Part shown: piece by piece, positions 39,726 to 49,383 of the stretch
How the letters are laid out: every line of letters starts with the position of its first letter
Numbering within the stretch: position 1 is the first letter of the stretch
From: an uncultured Alphaproteobacteria bacterium
GTDB lineage: Bacteria > Pseudomonadota > Alphaproteobacteria > RF32 > CAG-239
DNA length: 64,000 nt
Assembly: GCA_947588655.1 (NCBI GenBank)
Contig: CANPYS010000002.1
Coordinates: forward strand, 11,912-75,911
Direction of reading: 5' to 3'
Made by a program: the position numbers and the translations under genes
Notes under the pieces: model-generated
What the model was told of the DNA's origin: nothing
The model's input: the letters and a program-made list of their open reading frames with translations, nothing else
The model's database searches: none

Positions 39726-40515
39726 GGTTTCCTTTATAGAACGTGGCTATCGGCGCAGGGCGCGCTCTGGCAAATGCCCTGATTAAAGCCGAACTCACAT
39801 CGGCAAAATTACCTCTAAAGATGGCGCCCGCACTTAAAACATAGTTGCGGTTTGTGTTCCAAATTAAGCGCCAACCCGAAATCTCGCTCCATTCGGTCAA
39901 CAAAGCCTTTAAGTTTTGCCCTTCATCAGCCACCCAATCTTTGACTTCATCGTCTGAGGGTTCTTTTTCTTCGTCTTCATCTTCAATGGCAACGCAAGTT
40001 TCTTCATACATTAAGCCTTCGGGGCAATTTTCGCCTTCTGTCGCAAGCTCGGCAGGAGCAGGCGCAGGCTCTGATGTTTGTTCAGCTGTCGGTTCTGACG
40101 CCTTTTCTTCAGGCTCGCTTATAATTTGCGCACCGGCTTCGTAAGCCACAACTTCATCTTCAATGGACGGGGGAATAGACGCCGAGATGTTGTTGCCGGC
40201 CGCCGCCTGCGAAATGCGTTGATCACGTGGTGTGCGCTCGCCGTAACGTCTAAAATCAGCCGGTGTGCGTGTGTAGTTTACAAATGGATCTGTGGCGCAA
40301 AGGCTTGGATCGCCACCGTCTTGGCAAACAGTTGCCGGCGCTGGCGCATACGACTCTTCTACAATAACCGTACTATTTGGACAATCCGGCCCAAAGCAAT
40401 CACTCTCGCCCCACAATCTGTTCCATGTGGAATTAAATGTGGAACAGCCACAAAGAGCAAGAATTCCGGCCAATAAAAACATTTTATTGTACATATTTAT
40501 TCCCCTGTTATTCAT
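39679..40515 (-). CDS. Pilus-associated lipoprotein (PilL/TcpQ-like)
   Basis: Lipobox LALCGCS; acidic/proline-rich middle; C-terminal …WSEISGWRLIWNTNRNYVLSAGAIFRGNFADVSSALIRAFARARPAPIATFYKGNRVLVV resembling the TcpQ/PilL domain. It overlaps the secretin start. Confidence 0.4.
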   Translation of the reverse strand: MNNRGINMYNKMFLLAGILALCGCSTFNSTWNRLWGESDCFGPDCPNSTVIVEESYAPAPATVCQDGGDPSLCATDPFVNYTRTPADFRRYGERTPRDQRISQAAAGNNISASIPPSIEDEVVAYEAGAQIISEPEEKASEPTAEQTSEPAPAPAELATEGENCPEGLMYEETCVAIEDEDEEKEPSDDEVKDWVADEGQNLKALLTEWSEISGWRLIWNTNRNYVLSAGAIFRGNFADVSSALIRAFARARPAPIATFYKGNRVLVVETMEDENAYE

Positions 40516-40581
40516 AATTTTTTAACCATCATACATACCTTAAAACAAATAATCAAGCTCAACAAAGCACTTATTACCAAC

Positions 40582-42126
40582 TCAATAATAGCTTTCTTTT
40601 ATCGGCAATTGAACTCCCTCTAACGTATTTTCTTCCTCCTCATCGCCAAACCGAATGTTACGAATAACAAAAGAGTTTGGCTCACGCGCCGTAAAGACAA
40701 CGTTTATTTTCCTAAAATCAACACCGCGCTCGGCTAATATGCTTGAAAGCAAATTTAAGCGCTTTTTCTGCAATGCTTGTGGCGCGGACGCATCTATGCG
40801 GATTTCAATAATCACGTTATCGTTATCGCGCGCATTGTCGGCAAAGCCACGAATCCATTTAAGCGTTTGCCCTGAAATTTCAGCGCGGTTCGGCTGGAAC
40901 GACAAACGCAATTCAGCCGGCAAGATCGTGGCAGGCTTGTCAATTGGCGGCGGGGTGGCTGATTTTTTAGGTTTGTTCGCTTTTGGATTAGATGGCGTTG
41001 CCGTTTCGGCCAAGTTTTCTTCCGTCACGTTCTCTTCGCCCCCGCTTTTCTCATCGGCCTTTTTCTCGGAAAACCACGATGTTATGCGTTTAAACAAGCC
41101 CGATTTTTTATCGGTTTCATCAAGCGGCTCGTCTTGAACTTGAGGTTTTTCCTCAGTTTTTTCCGCTTTCTCTTTATTTTCAGGTGCATTCGGCTCAAAA
41201 GAAAGTTGCGGCGTTAAATCGGCATCGTTTAAAATCTCGTCCGGAATAGGAATAAGCAGATTTTGAATCATCTTATAAGCAAGTTTGCTTGCCTCGTCAG
41301 GCGTTTGCAACAGTTTGGGACGAAAAGTTTCTTCAACGCTCGCCACATCCGCCGCCGGCAATTCGGGCGCAACCTCAACCGCAGGTTCCGGCGCCTTTAA
41401 TTCTTCTTTGGGCGCGGTTTCTTCTTTTGGCGCTGGCTTTAGCTTTTCAAAGGCCTCAACCGCCATTTTGTTCTTGGCATATTTGTTGCCCCGCGCCATT
41501 GTCCACGGATTTTCAGGTTTATCTTGCGCCAACTCTTTTAAGTTTTCATCAACAATGTCACGGCTTGTTTTACCGTAAGCCACGCCGCCGTCATAAACAG
41601 CGCCGTCCAAAATAACCGACTTTGCCAATGCCGCAAAATCCGCTCGCTCCACGTTTTGATGCACAACCTCGGTCGTTTCCTCAATCGGTAAAATGGTTTC
41701 CCCTGATATTTCAGGTTCATAAACAACTTTTTGCCCGTCAAAGGGCTTTCTGCTCACAATTTCTTCATCTAAAACAATAGCGTGCGCTTTATCAAGCCCA
41801 TAAGTCGTATCAGGCTTAATTTTCCAAGGTTTTTGCCGTGGCACAGGCGCTTTGGCTATTTTTTGAGGTTTCGGTTTTTCAACCGCAAGCGTTTCTATGG
41901 AAGAATAATCAACCTTTTCAAAGGGTGTCGGGGAGATATTTGACAACTCCGTGACTTCAGCTTTATCTTCTGCAAATAGCGAAACGCTTTGCACATCAAG
42001 ATTTTTGGAAGAATTTGCTAAATTTTTGCTTTGGGGCGACTGAAAGAACGTTTTGTCGGCCAATATAACCGCAAATATGGATAAAATAAAACTGCACACA
42101 AAATTTTTAATGCCGTTTTTTTGCAT
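40582..42126 (-). CDS. Secreted/periplasmic proline-lysine-glutamate-rich protein with an OmpA/MotB-like C-terminal domain (first gene of the pil operon)
   Basis: N-terminal signal sequence; long disordered K/P/E region. The last ~100 aa (…LKWIRGFADNARDNDNVIIEIRIDASAPQALQKKRLNLLSSILAERGVDFRKINV…) resemble a peptidoglycan-binding OmpA-like fold. Confidence 0.3.
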   Translation of the reverse strand: MQKNGIKNFVCSFILSIFAVILADKTFFQSPQSKNLANSSKNLDVQSVSLFAEDKAEVTELSNISPTPFEKVDYSSIETLAVEKPKPQKIAKAPVPRQKPWKIKPDTTYGLDKAHAIVLDEEIVSRKPFDGQKVVYEPEISGETILPIEETTEVVHQNVERADFAALAKSVILDGAVYDGGVAYGKTSRDIVDENLKELAQDKPENPWTMARGNKYAKNKMAVEAFEKLKPAPKEETAPKEELKAPEPAVEVAPELPAADVASVEETFRPKLLQTPDEASKLAYKMIQNLLIPIPDEILNDADLTPQLSFEPNAPENKEKAEKTEEKPQVQDEPLDETDKKSGLFKRITSWFSEKKADEKSGGEENVTEENLAETATPSNPKANKPKKSATPPPIDKPATILPAELRLSFQPNRAEISGQTLKWIRGFADNARDNDNVIIEIRIDASAPQALQKKRLNLLSSILAERGVDFRKINVVFTAREPNSFVIRNIRFGDEEEENTLEGVQLPIKESYY

Positions 42127-42383
42127 TTAACGTTCTTCTCCCCTGTCGGCAAAAGCCCGAAAAACCTAGGTATTGCCGATATATATGTTATTTTCAATAC
42201 CTTAAAGCCGATTCGCCGTCAAGAGCTTTTTTTGATTACTCCACTTCATTTTACATTTTTAAAAAAACAAGCAATTGTCGCGAGTCTCTTACAAGGAAAA
42301 GTGTATATAAGCTTTATCAAGCATAATTAAACCCTTTTATAGAAAAATATGCTTGATAAACTTAGATGTTGAGAAGTTTTTGT

Positions 42384-43013
42384 TTAGATTAAGCCCATTT
42401 TTTGCGCCGTGACGACCGCTTGTGTGCGATTGTTGACCTTTAGTGAACGCAAAAGCGCATTAATATGCAGTTTAACCGTCGCTTCAGAAACGCCTATTTC
42501 ATAAGCTATTTGCTTGTTTGACTTGCCTTGCGCAATGAGGTCAAGAACTTGCGATTGCCGATTTGTGAGCATTTTGCCACTCGCGCGGCGACCTGTTCCG
42601 TTTAAGCCTTCAGAAGAATTTTCTATCAGCGCTGGAGGAATATAGGTGCCACCATCTAAAATAAGTTTGAGCGCATTATTCATAACTTTGGGCTCGGAGC
42701 GCTTGGGAATGTAGCCCTTTATGCCACTTGATAAAACTTTTCGGATATTACGAATGTCTTCAGAGGCTGAAACAACAACAATATCAATGCCTTCGGCCTT
42801 TTGGCGGATTTGCTCAATGCCGTCTTCCCATTTCATATCGGGCATATCTAAATCAACAATTATGAGGTTCATACCTGTTTCTTTATCCAAAATTTTTATT
42901 GCCTGCGAAAAGGTTGCCGCCTGCTCTATAACAATTTCCGGATTAATTTCTTCCAGACGCATTGCCAAACCGTCCCTGAACAATGCGTGATCGTCGGCAA
43001 TCAAAACTTTCAT
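42384..43013 (-). CDS. NarL/FixJ (LuxR-HTH) family response regulator at the head of the pil locus
   Basis: REC domain (MKVLIADDHALFRDGL…IIVDLDMPDM…) and C-terminal LuxR HTH (LTNRQSQVLDLIAQGKSNKQIAYEIGVSEATVKLH). True start is ATG 43013 with an AAGGAGG RBS. Confidence 0.85.
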   Translation of the reverse strand: MKVLIADDHALFRDGLAMRLEEINPEIVIEQAATFSQAIKILDKETGMNLIIVDLDMPDMKWEDGIEQIRQKAEGIDIVVVSASEDIRNIRKVLSSGIKGYIPKRSEPKVMNNALKLILDGGTYIPPALIENSSEGLNGTGRRASGKMLTNRQSQVLDLIAQGKSNKQIAYEIGVSEATVKLHINALLRSLKVNNRTQAVVTAQKMGLI

Positions 43014-43126
43014 ATTATCCTCCTTAACTTGTTCATCAGGCGTTTTTAAACGCCACTTGTCCGCTGATATAATCATAAGTGCAGACATTTAAAGTCCAGA
43101 AGTCAAAAAAAACAGTTCTTTGCTTG

Positions 43127-43627
43127 TTAAGCTTTATCCACAGGAAGCTCAATATATTCTACGCCAGCTTCCTTAAACATCTCGGCAGAATATTGGAGCT
43201 TGTCGCGCCAAGTGCCTTTGGGCGTGTTTTCGGTTATTTCAACCGCATTGGTAATAACGGTTTTAATGCCTGCCTGAATGATAGCGCGTGCGCAATCGGT
43301 GCAAGGCGCATGTGTGGCATACATCACGCAGCCTTTTAACGATGTGCCTGTTAAGCATGCATTATAAATAGCGTTGCGTTCGGCATGTTCAAAAAAGTCA
43401 TATTTTGTAGGGCGTTCCAACCGTTCGGGCTTGTTATCATCTACACCGCGCACCAAACCATTGTAACCCGTGGCGCGAATCTCACGATCAGGGCCAACAA
43501 CAACCGCGCCCGTTTTGGTTGACGTGTCTTTAGACCACGACGCCACCAAAAATGCCATTTCCATAAAACGCTTGTTCCACTTGTCCGAAAACATACTTTT
43601 CTCCCTTTGAAAACAAATTTTATCCAC
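43127..43627 (-). CDS. dCMP/cytidine deaminase family protein (ComEB-like)
   Basis: Zinc-binding HAERNAI … PCTDCARAI motifs; probable start at 43594. Confidence 0.8.
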   Translation of the reverse strand: MDKICFQREKSMFSDKWNKRFMEMAFLVASWSKDTSTKTGAVVVGPDREIRATGYNGLVRGVDDNKPERLERPTKYDFFEHAERNAIYNACLTGTSLKGCVMYATHAPCTDCARAIIQAGIKTVITNAVEITENTPKGTWRDKLQYSAEMFKEAGVEYIELPVDKA

Positions 43628-43710
43628 ATATTATTAAAAAAAAACTAAAATTTAATCTTTCTCTTGACAAGCGCAAAAAAATAGTCCAGTTTATAAAAGT
43701 TATATTTTGA

Positions 43711-45033
<1,323 letters not shown>

Positions 45034-45034
45034 C

Positions 45035-45075
45035 ATTCTAAATTAGTATTTCTAAATTAGTATTTCAAATTTTGT
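45035..45075 (-). repeat. Intergenic remnant of the 15-bp minisatellite (two units, reverse orientation)
   Basis: ttctaaattagtatt tctaaattagtattt is the reverse complement of aatttagaaatacta x2; it starts directly after the eno stop. Confidence 0.7.
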
Positions 45076-45089
45076 TATAAACTTACAAA

Positions 45090-45126
45090 AAATATCCGAG
45101 GTAATTGCCTCGGGTATTTTTTTTGT
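45090..45126. terminator. Bidirectional intrinsic terminator after eno
   Basis: aaaaaatatccgagg-taattg-cctcgggtatttttttt. Confidence 0.65.
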
Positions 45127-45195
45127 TTTAATCGCTAAAAATCAGATTTTTGCGGGGTGTTTTTTACGATTTTAAATGTGCGAGTGTTGTTTGTT

Positions 45196-45888
45196 TTAGA
45201 TTTCTGCAGGAGTTTCAGATTTCTGCCTGCACAAAACAAGGGCGTCAACGCATTCTTCAACGCCTTTATATGCCGCGTCAATAAACGTTTTATCTTTGGT
45301 GGAATTTTCATTATAAAAAATGCGAATGGTTGTTAGACCGGCCTCTTTTGCCATTTCTAAATTAGAATAACTATCATCAACAAAAAGGCATTCTTGTGGC
45401 GCAAGCCCAATTTTTTTGCAGCAACGGCGATAAATTTCGGCATCTTCATTTTTTTTGGTCACGCCAAAATCTTCCACTGAATAAAATTTGTCGGCAAACA
45501 TTTCCCATAAGCCGATGTGCTTTAAAATACGCACCGTACATTCGCGCGTGCTGGCGGTAAAAATATATTGCAAAAACGGCACTTTCGCCAACTTTTGCGC
45601 CAAATTTTCATAAGGTTTAATCAGCTCAACCGGAATGCGCTGATGATAAGCCTTTGAAAGCGCCTCGGGCGTAATGCCGTAGCGGCGGTAAAAAACCTCG
45701 CCGCCATCGCGATATTGTTTGTAAGAGGCTTTGACTTCATGCTTGCAGGTTAAAAAATCCATAGGGACATTTAAATCTTGAACAAGCGCATGCGCCATAA
45801 CCTCGTCAAGCTTGTCGGCAAGCTCAGGCGTGATGCGGTATAATGTGTTGTCTAAGTCCCAAATAACGGCTTTTTTATCGCAAAACAC
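45196..45888 (-). CDS. HAD-family hydrolase (nucleotidase-like)
   Basis: Motif I VIWDLDNTLY; motif IV …CLFVDDS…. Confidence 0.7.
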   Translation of the reverse strand: MFCDKKAVIWDLDNTLYRITPELADKLDEVMAHALVQDLNVPMDFLTCKHEVKASYKQYRDGGEVFYRRYGITPEALSKAYHQRIPVELIKPYENLAQKLAKVPFLQYIFTASTRECTVRILKHIGLWEMFADKFYSVEDFGVTKKNEDAEIYRRCCKKIGLAPQECLFVDDSYSNLEMAKEAGLTTIRIFYNENSTKDKTFIDAAYKGVEECVDALVLCRQKSETPAEI

Positions 45889-46046
45889 GAAAAATTTATC
45901 CTTTTTTATTTAAACCTTCTATTTTTTAGCCGAAAACAAGCGTGCGGTCAAGTAAAAAAAGCTCAAGCCTATTGATTATATTGAAGATTTTTTCTTAAGG
46001 CTTACCTCAAAGTTTGGAAAATAATCTTTTATAAGGAGTTTTTTAT

Positions 46047-46538
46047 ATGAGAAAAATGACATATATAGCCGGCGCGGCGGTTGTGGCTTTGGCCGGTCTT
46101 GGAATTTATGCTTCTGAGGCACAAAACGCCGGCACAAACAACAATGCCGATACAGGCGTTTTGGTTATTGAGGAAGAAAGTTACACACCTGAACAAAATA
46201 ACGGCATGAGGGCAGAAAACCCGAACCGTATGCAAAACACAGGTGCGTTTAATAATTCGCAAAACCCGCGTCAGGGTGTGAATGACGGGCTTTCAAGCGG
46301 CAACAATTCAGGCAATATGAATAGTCGCGCCAATATGAATAATCCGTCCACCAACACAAATACCGCACCAAACCAAGGGTTTGAAAATCTGCCAGACAAT
46401 CCGGGCGTTGAGGTTGCCCCTGATAATCAGCCCGTTGTTTCAAAGGCTATGAAAAACCAAAACCCAAATTATAACAACGGCAACGCAATGCCAACTGATA
46501 CAATTATTGAAGAAGATATGATTGAAACCGCTGAATAA
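46047..46538 (+). CDS. Secreted Asn/Gly/Pro-rich low-complexity protein
   Basis: Signal peptide MRKMTYIAGAAVVALAGLGIYASEA followed by N-rich repeats (…NNSGNMNSRANMNNPSTNTNTAPN…). Confidence 0.5.
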   Translation: MRKMTYIAGAAVVALAGLGIYASEAQNAGTNNNADTGVLVIEEESYTPEQNNGMRAENPNRMQNTGAFNNSQNPRQGVNDGLSSGNNSGNMNSRANMNNPSTNTNTAPNQGFENLPDNPGVEVAPDNQPVVSKAMKNQNPNYNNGNAMPTDTIIEEDMIETAE

Positions 46539-46542
46539 GATA

Positions 46543-46572
46543 AAAGCTCCTCAAATGAGGAGCTTTTACCCT
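46543..46572. terminator. Intrinsic terminator
   Basis: aaaagctcctc-aaat-gaggagctttt. Confidence 0.65.
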
Positions 46573-46625
46573 TTCTAAAAAAGTTATTGATATAAAAAAT
46601 AAAATAAAAAAAAGATTAATAATAA

Positions 46626-47213
46626 TTAGAAGATATATCGTGTTCCGACATAGACTTCCTGAGCCGATATATCGGCTTTTTCCAGTCTACCCATGTCATA
46701 GTAGCGATAACCTACGTCAATATTCCAGCGATTGGTCATCTTTAAAGACAAACCACCGCCGATTGCCCATGTAAAACGAGTCGTATCAAAACTATTACGA
46801 ACCGTCTCAAGGGCAATAGAGTGATATTTTACCTTTGAAAAGCCTAAACCTAAATCAACATAAGGTGTAAGCCAGTTATATGGCAAAATATCCCAATAGA
46901 AGTTCAACATATAAGAATATGTTTTGAATTTTTGCGAAATGTCTTCATCGCCTTGTTTAACATAATCACGCCAAACAAATTCAAGCTCTGTTCTAAACCA
47001 TTCATAACGGTAACCGATTGAACCAGCCAACATCAGCTTTTCATCATCAAAATTACCGTCACCGCCACCAATGATACCACTATCATCAGAAACATCGTTG
47101 GAAACAGCACCTGCTCTGGCGCCTAAGTACCAGCCATTGCATTCAGCCTCAGCCGGTGCGCTAAAACCAAACAACATCAAGGCCAATGAAAGCATTGAAA
47201 TTATTTTTTTCAT
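46626..47213 (-). CDS. Small outer-membrane β-barrel protein (Omp25/Omp31/Pap31-like porin-family fold)
   Basis: Signal peptide (MKKIISMLSLALMLFGFSAPAEA), alternating amphipathic β-strands, C-terminal aromatic …YVGTRYIF. Confidence 0.65.
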   Translation of the reverse strand: MKKIISMLSLALMLFGFSAPAEAECNGWYLGARAGAVSNDVSDDSGIIGGGDGNFDDEKLMLAGSIGYRYEWFRTELEFVWRDYVKQGDEDISQKFKTYSYMLNFYWDILPYNWLTPYVDLGLGFSKVKYHSIALETVRNSFDTTRFTWAIGGGLSLKMTNRWNIDVGYRYYDMGRLEKADISAQEVYVGTRYIF

Positions 47214-47380
47214 AAAATAGCTCCTTAAAAAAATTTAACTAAGCTTATTTAAGTAAAATAATCTTAAAAAATTCTTAATGCCACATTATATACATAAAAA
47301 TTTTTTAAATGCAACAACTTTTTTAAAAAACTGTGATTTTTTTCAGTTGCTTTTTTAAAAATATGCGTTAGTCTTGTTCA

Positions 47381-47770
47381 AAGAGGCGGCCGGACAGCTG
47401 CGCGGCAAAAAGTAAGATTTGACTGTGAGGAAAGTCCGGGCTTTATGGAAACAAGACACCGGATAACTTCCGGCCGGAGGAATCCGAGGGAAAGCGCCAC
47501 AGAAAATTACCGCCGAAAATTTTTTCGGTAAGGTTGAAAAGGCGAGGTAAAAGCTCACCGCTGGGGCAGAAATGTCACAGGCAAGGCAAGCCCTGTCTAA
47601 AGCAAGACCAAGTTAGGGTAAGGTTTATCCTTAGTGGAGCGTTTTCACTCCGGCCCAGGAGGTAGGTCGCAAGAGCGGTTTGGCAACAATCCGCCAAGAT
47701 GAATAGCTGTCGCGGATATCTTTGCTTGCAAAGCAATATCTGTCACAAAACCCGGCTTATAGGTCGCCTT
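47381..47770 (+). ncRNA. rnpB: RNase P RNA (bacterial type A)
   Basis: Universally conserved GAGGAAAGUCCGGGCU (P4 5' strand), …AAGGUUGAAAAGGCGAGGUAAAAGCUCACCG… (P10-12 region), 3' …ACAAAACCCGGCUUAUAGGUCGCCU pairing with the 5' AAGAGGCGGCC (P1). Confidence 0.85.
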
Positions 47771-47791
47771 AAATTTTGAATTGGAGGATAG

Positions 47792-48637
47792 ATGTTTCAA
47801 AAAACCTTAAAAGCAGATCTTCAAATTGAAGGTGTCGGACTCCATTCGGGCGAGGCTTCCGTTATTCAAATTAAGCCGGCGGAAGCAGATAGTGGCATTG
47901 TGTTTGAACGTGACGGGCAAAAAATTGGCGCGCTTTATTCTCATGTTTCAGATACTTTAAACTGCACGGCTTTGGCGCAAAACGGCGTAAACATTAGCAC
48001 CATTGAGCATTTGATGGCCGCTTTATATGCCGCGGATATTGACAATGCGCTCATCACATGTTCGGCGTTAGAATTGCCAATTATGGACGGCGCGGCAGAA
48101 ATTTTTTATAAAAAGCTCAAGGCTGTCGGCACACAAACGCAAAACGCCCCTCGCCGCTTTTTAAAGGTTTTGAAACCCGTTGTTTTTGAGGACGGCAAAG
48201 GCGCAAAAGCTGAGCTTTTGCCAGCTAAAACGAATGCGCTTTTCGTTCATTTTGAAATAGATTTTCCGTCCGCGGTTGTTGGGCATCAGGTTTTTGAGGG
48301 CAATCCGCTTGATGTCTTTGAAAGCCAAATTGCGCCTTGCCGCACTTTTTGCGAAAAGCAACAAATTGATTATTTGCGTTCGCTCGGCTTAATTAAAGGC
48401 GGAAATCTTGATAACGCGGTTGTTTTGGACGGCGATTCAATCTTGAATCCAAACGGCTTTAAAGTGCCCAATGAATGTGTGAATCATAAGGTTTTAGACG
48501 CTTTGGGCGATATGTTTACTTCGGGCTTTCACCTTATTGCTGATTTTAAAGGCTTCAAAACCGGACATTATCATAACAATCAGCTCTTGAAAAAACTTTT
48601 TGAAAATCAAAATAATTATGAAATATGGATAGGATAA
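47792..48637 (+). CDS. lpxC: UDP-3-O-acyl-N-acetylglucosamine deacetylase
   Basis: MFQKTLK…GVGLHSGE… N-terminus and HxxxD zinc motifs; 281 aa. Confidence 0.93.
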   Translation: MFQKTLKADLQIEGVGLHSGEASVIQIKPAEADSGIVFERDGQKIGALYSHVSDTLNCTALAQNGVNISTIEHLMAALYAADIDNALITCSALELPIMDGAAEIFYKKLKAVGTQTQNAPRRFLKVLKPVVFEDGKGAKAELLPAKTNALFVHFEIDFPSAVVGHQVFEGNPLDVFESQIAPCRTFCEKQQIDYLRSLGLIKGGNLDNAVVLDGDSILNPNGFKVPNECVNHKVLDALGDMFTSGFHLIADFKGFKTGHYHNNQLLKKLFENQNNYEIWIG

Positions 48638-49374
48638 ATATCATGAAATACAAATATATTTTACTTTCAGTTCTCTTGCTTTTAGGCGCTTGCGCCTCGC
48701 ATACGGACGATTCTTCCAAAACCGCGGAAGAACTTTATCGCCAAGGCTATGAATATATGCAAAAAACTTCATGGGAAAAGGCGGCAAAATCTTTTGAAAA
48801 GGTTGAAATTGAACATCCTTATTCGCGCTGGGCGGTTAAAGCTAAGCTGATGAGCGCTTACGCTTATTATAAAAACGAGCAATATGACGATGCCGTCATG
48901 AGTTTGGATAGATATATTAAATTTCACCCCGGAAATAAAGACGCGCCGTATGCTTATTATTTAAAAGCATTGTGCTATTATAATCAAATTGGGCCGGCGG
49001 AAAAAGATCAATCAAACACGCTTAAGGCGCAAGATGCTTTTCAACAGGTTATTTTGCTTTATCCCGAAACGCCGTACGCTATTGACGCCTCGCACAAAAT
49101 GAACCTGATTTTGGATCATTTGGCAGGGCAAGAAATGCAAATTGGGCGTTATTATCTCCAAAACCAAAACTATTTATCGGCGCTTAATCGGTTTCAGACC
49201 GTGGTTAAAAATTATCAGCTAACCCCTCAGATTGAAGAGGCGCTTTATCGGCAAACAGAGCTTTATACCATTTTGGGCATGCAAGATGAGGCTTTGCTGT
49301 CGTTAAAGGTTATGGAAACGAATTATCCGCAAAGCGCGTGGACCGAAAAAGCCCGCAATGTGCTGAATAACTAA
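48625..49374 (+). CDS. bamD: Outer-membrane protein assembly factor BamD
   Basis: Lipobox LLLGACASH (start probably 48643), TPR repeats; lpxC-bamD-recN order. Confidence 0.85.
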   Translation: MDRINIMKYKYILLSVLLLLGACASHTDDSSKTAEELYRQGYEYMQKTSWEKAAKSFEKVEIEHPYSRWAVKAKLMSAYAYYKNEQYDDAVMSLDRYIKFHPGNKDAPYAYYLKALCYYNQIGPAEKDQSNTLKAQDAFQQVILLYPETPYAIDASHKMNLILDHLAGQEMQIGRYYLQNQNYLSALNRFQTVVKNYQLTPQIEEALYRQTELYTILGMQDEALLSLKVMETNYPQSAWTEKARNVLNN

Positions 49375-49383
49375 GGGCTTAAA

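Noticed and set aside
28440-43130. A tRNA gene or att site marking island integration at the borders of the low-GC insert and pilus locus
   Set aside because: No tRNA-like sequence (acceptor stem/TΨC motif) or direct-repeat pair could be recognised by eye at 28434-28504, 30784-30890 or 43014-43126. Absence cannot be proven without tRNAscan or repeat search.
47355-47558. 67-aa ORF on the minus strand
   Set aside because: It lies entirely within the RNase P RNA gene (conserved P4/P10-12 sequences on the plus strand).
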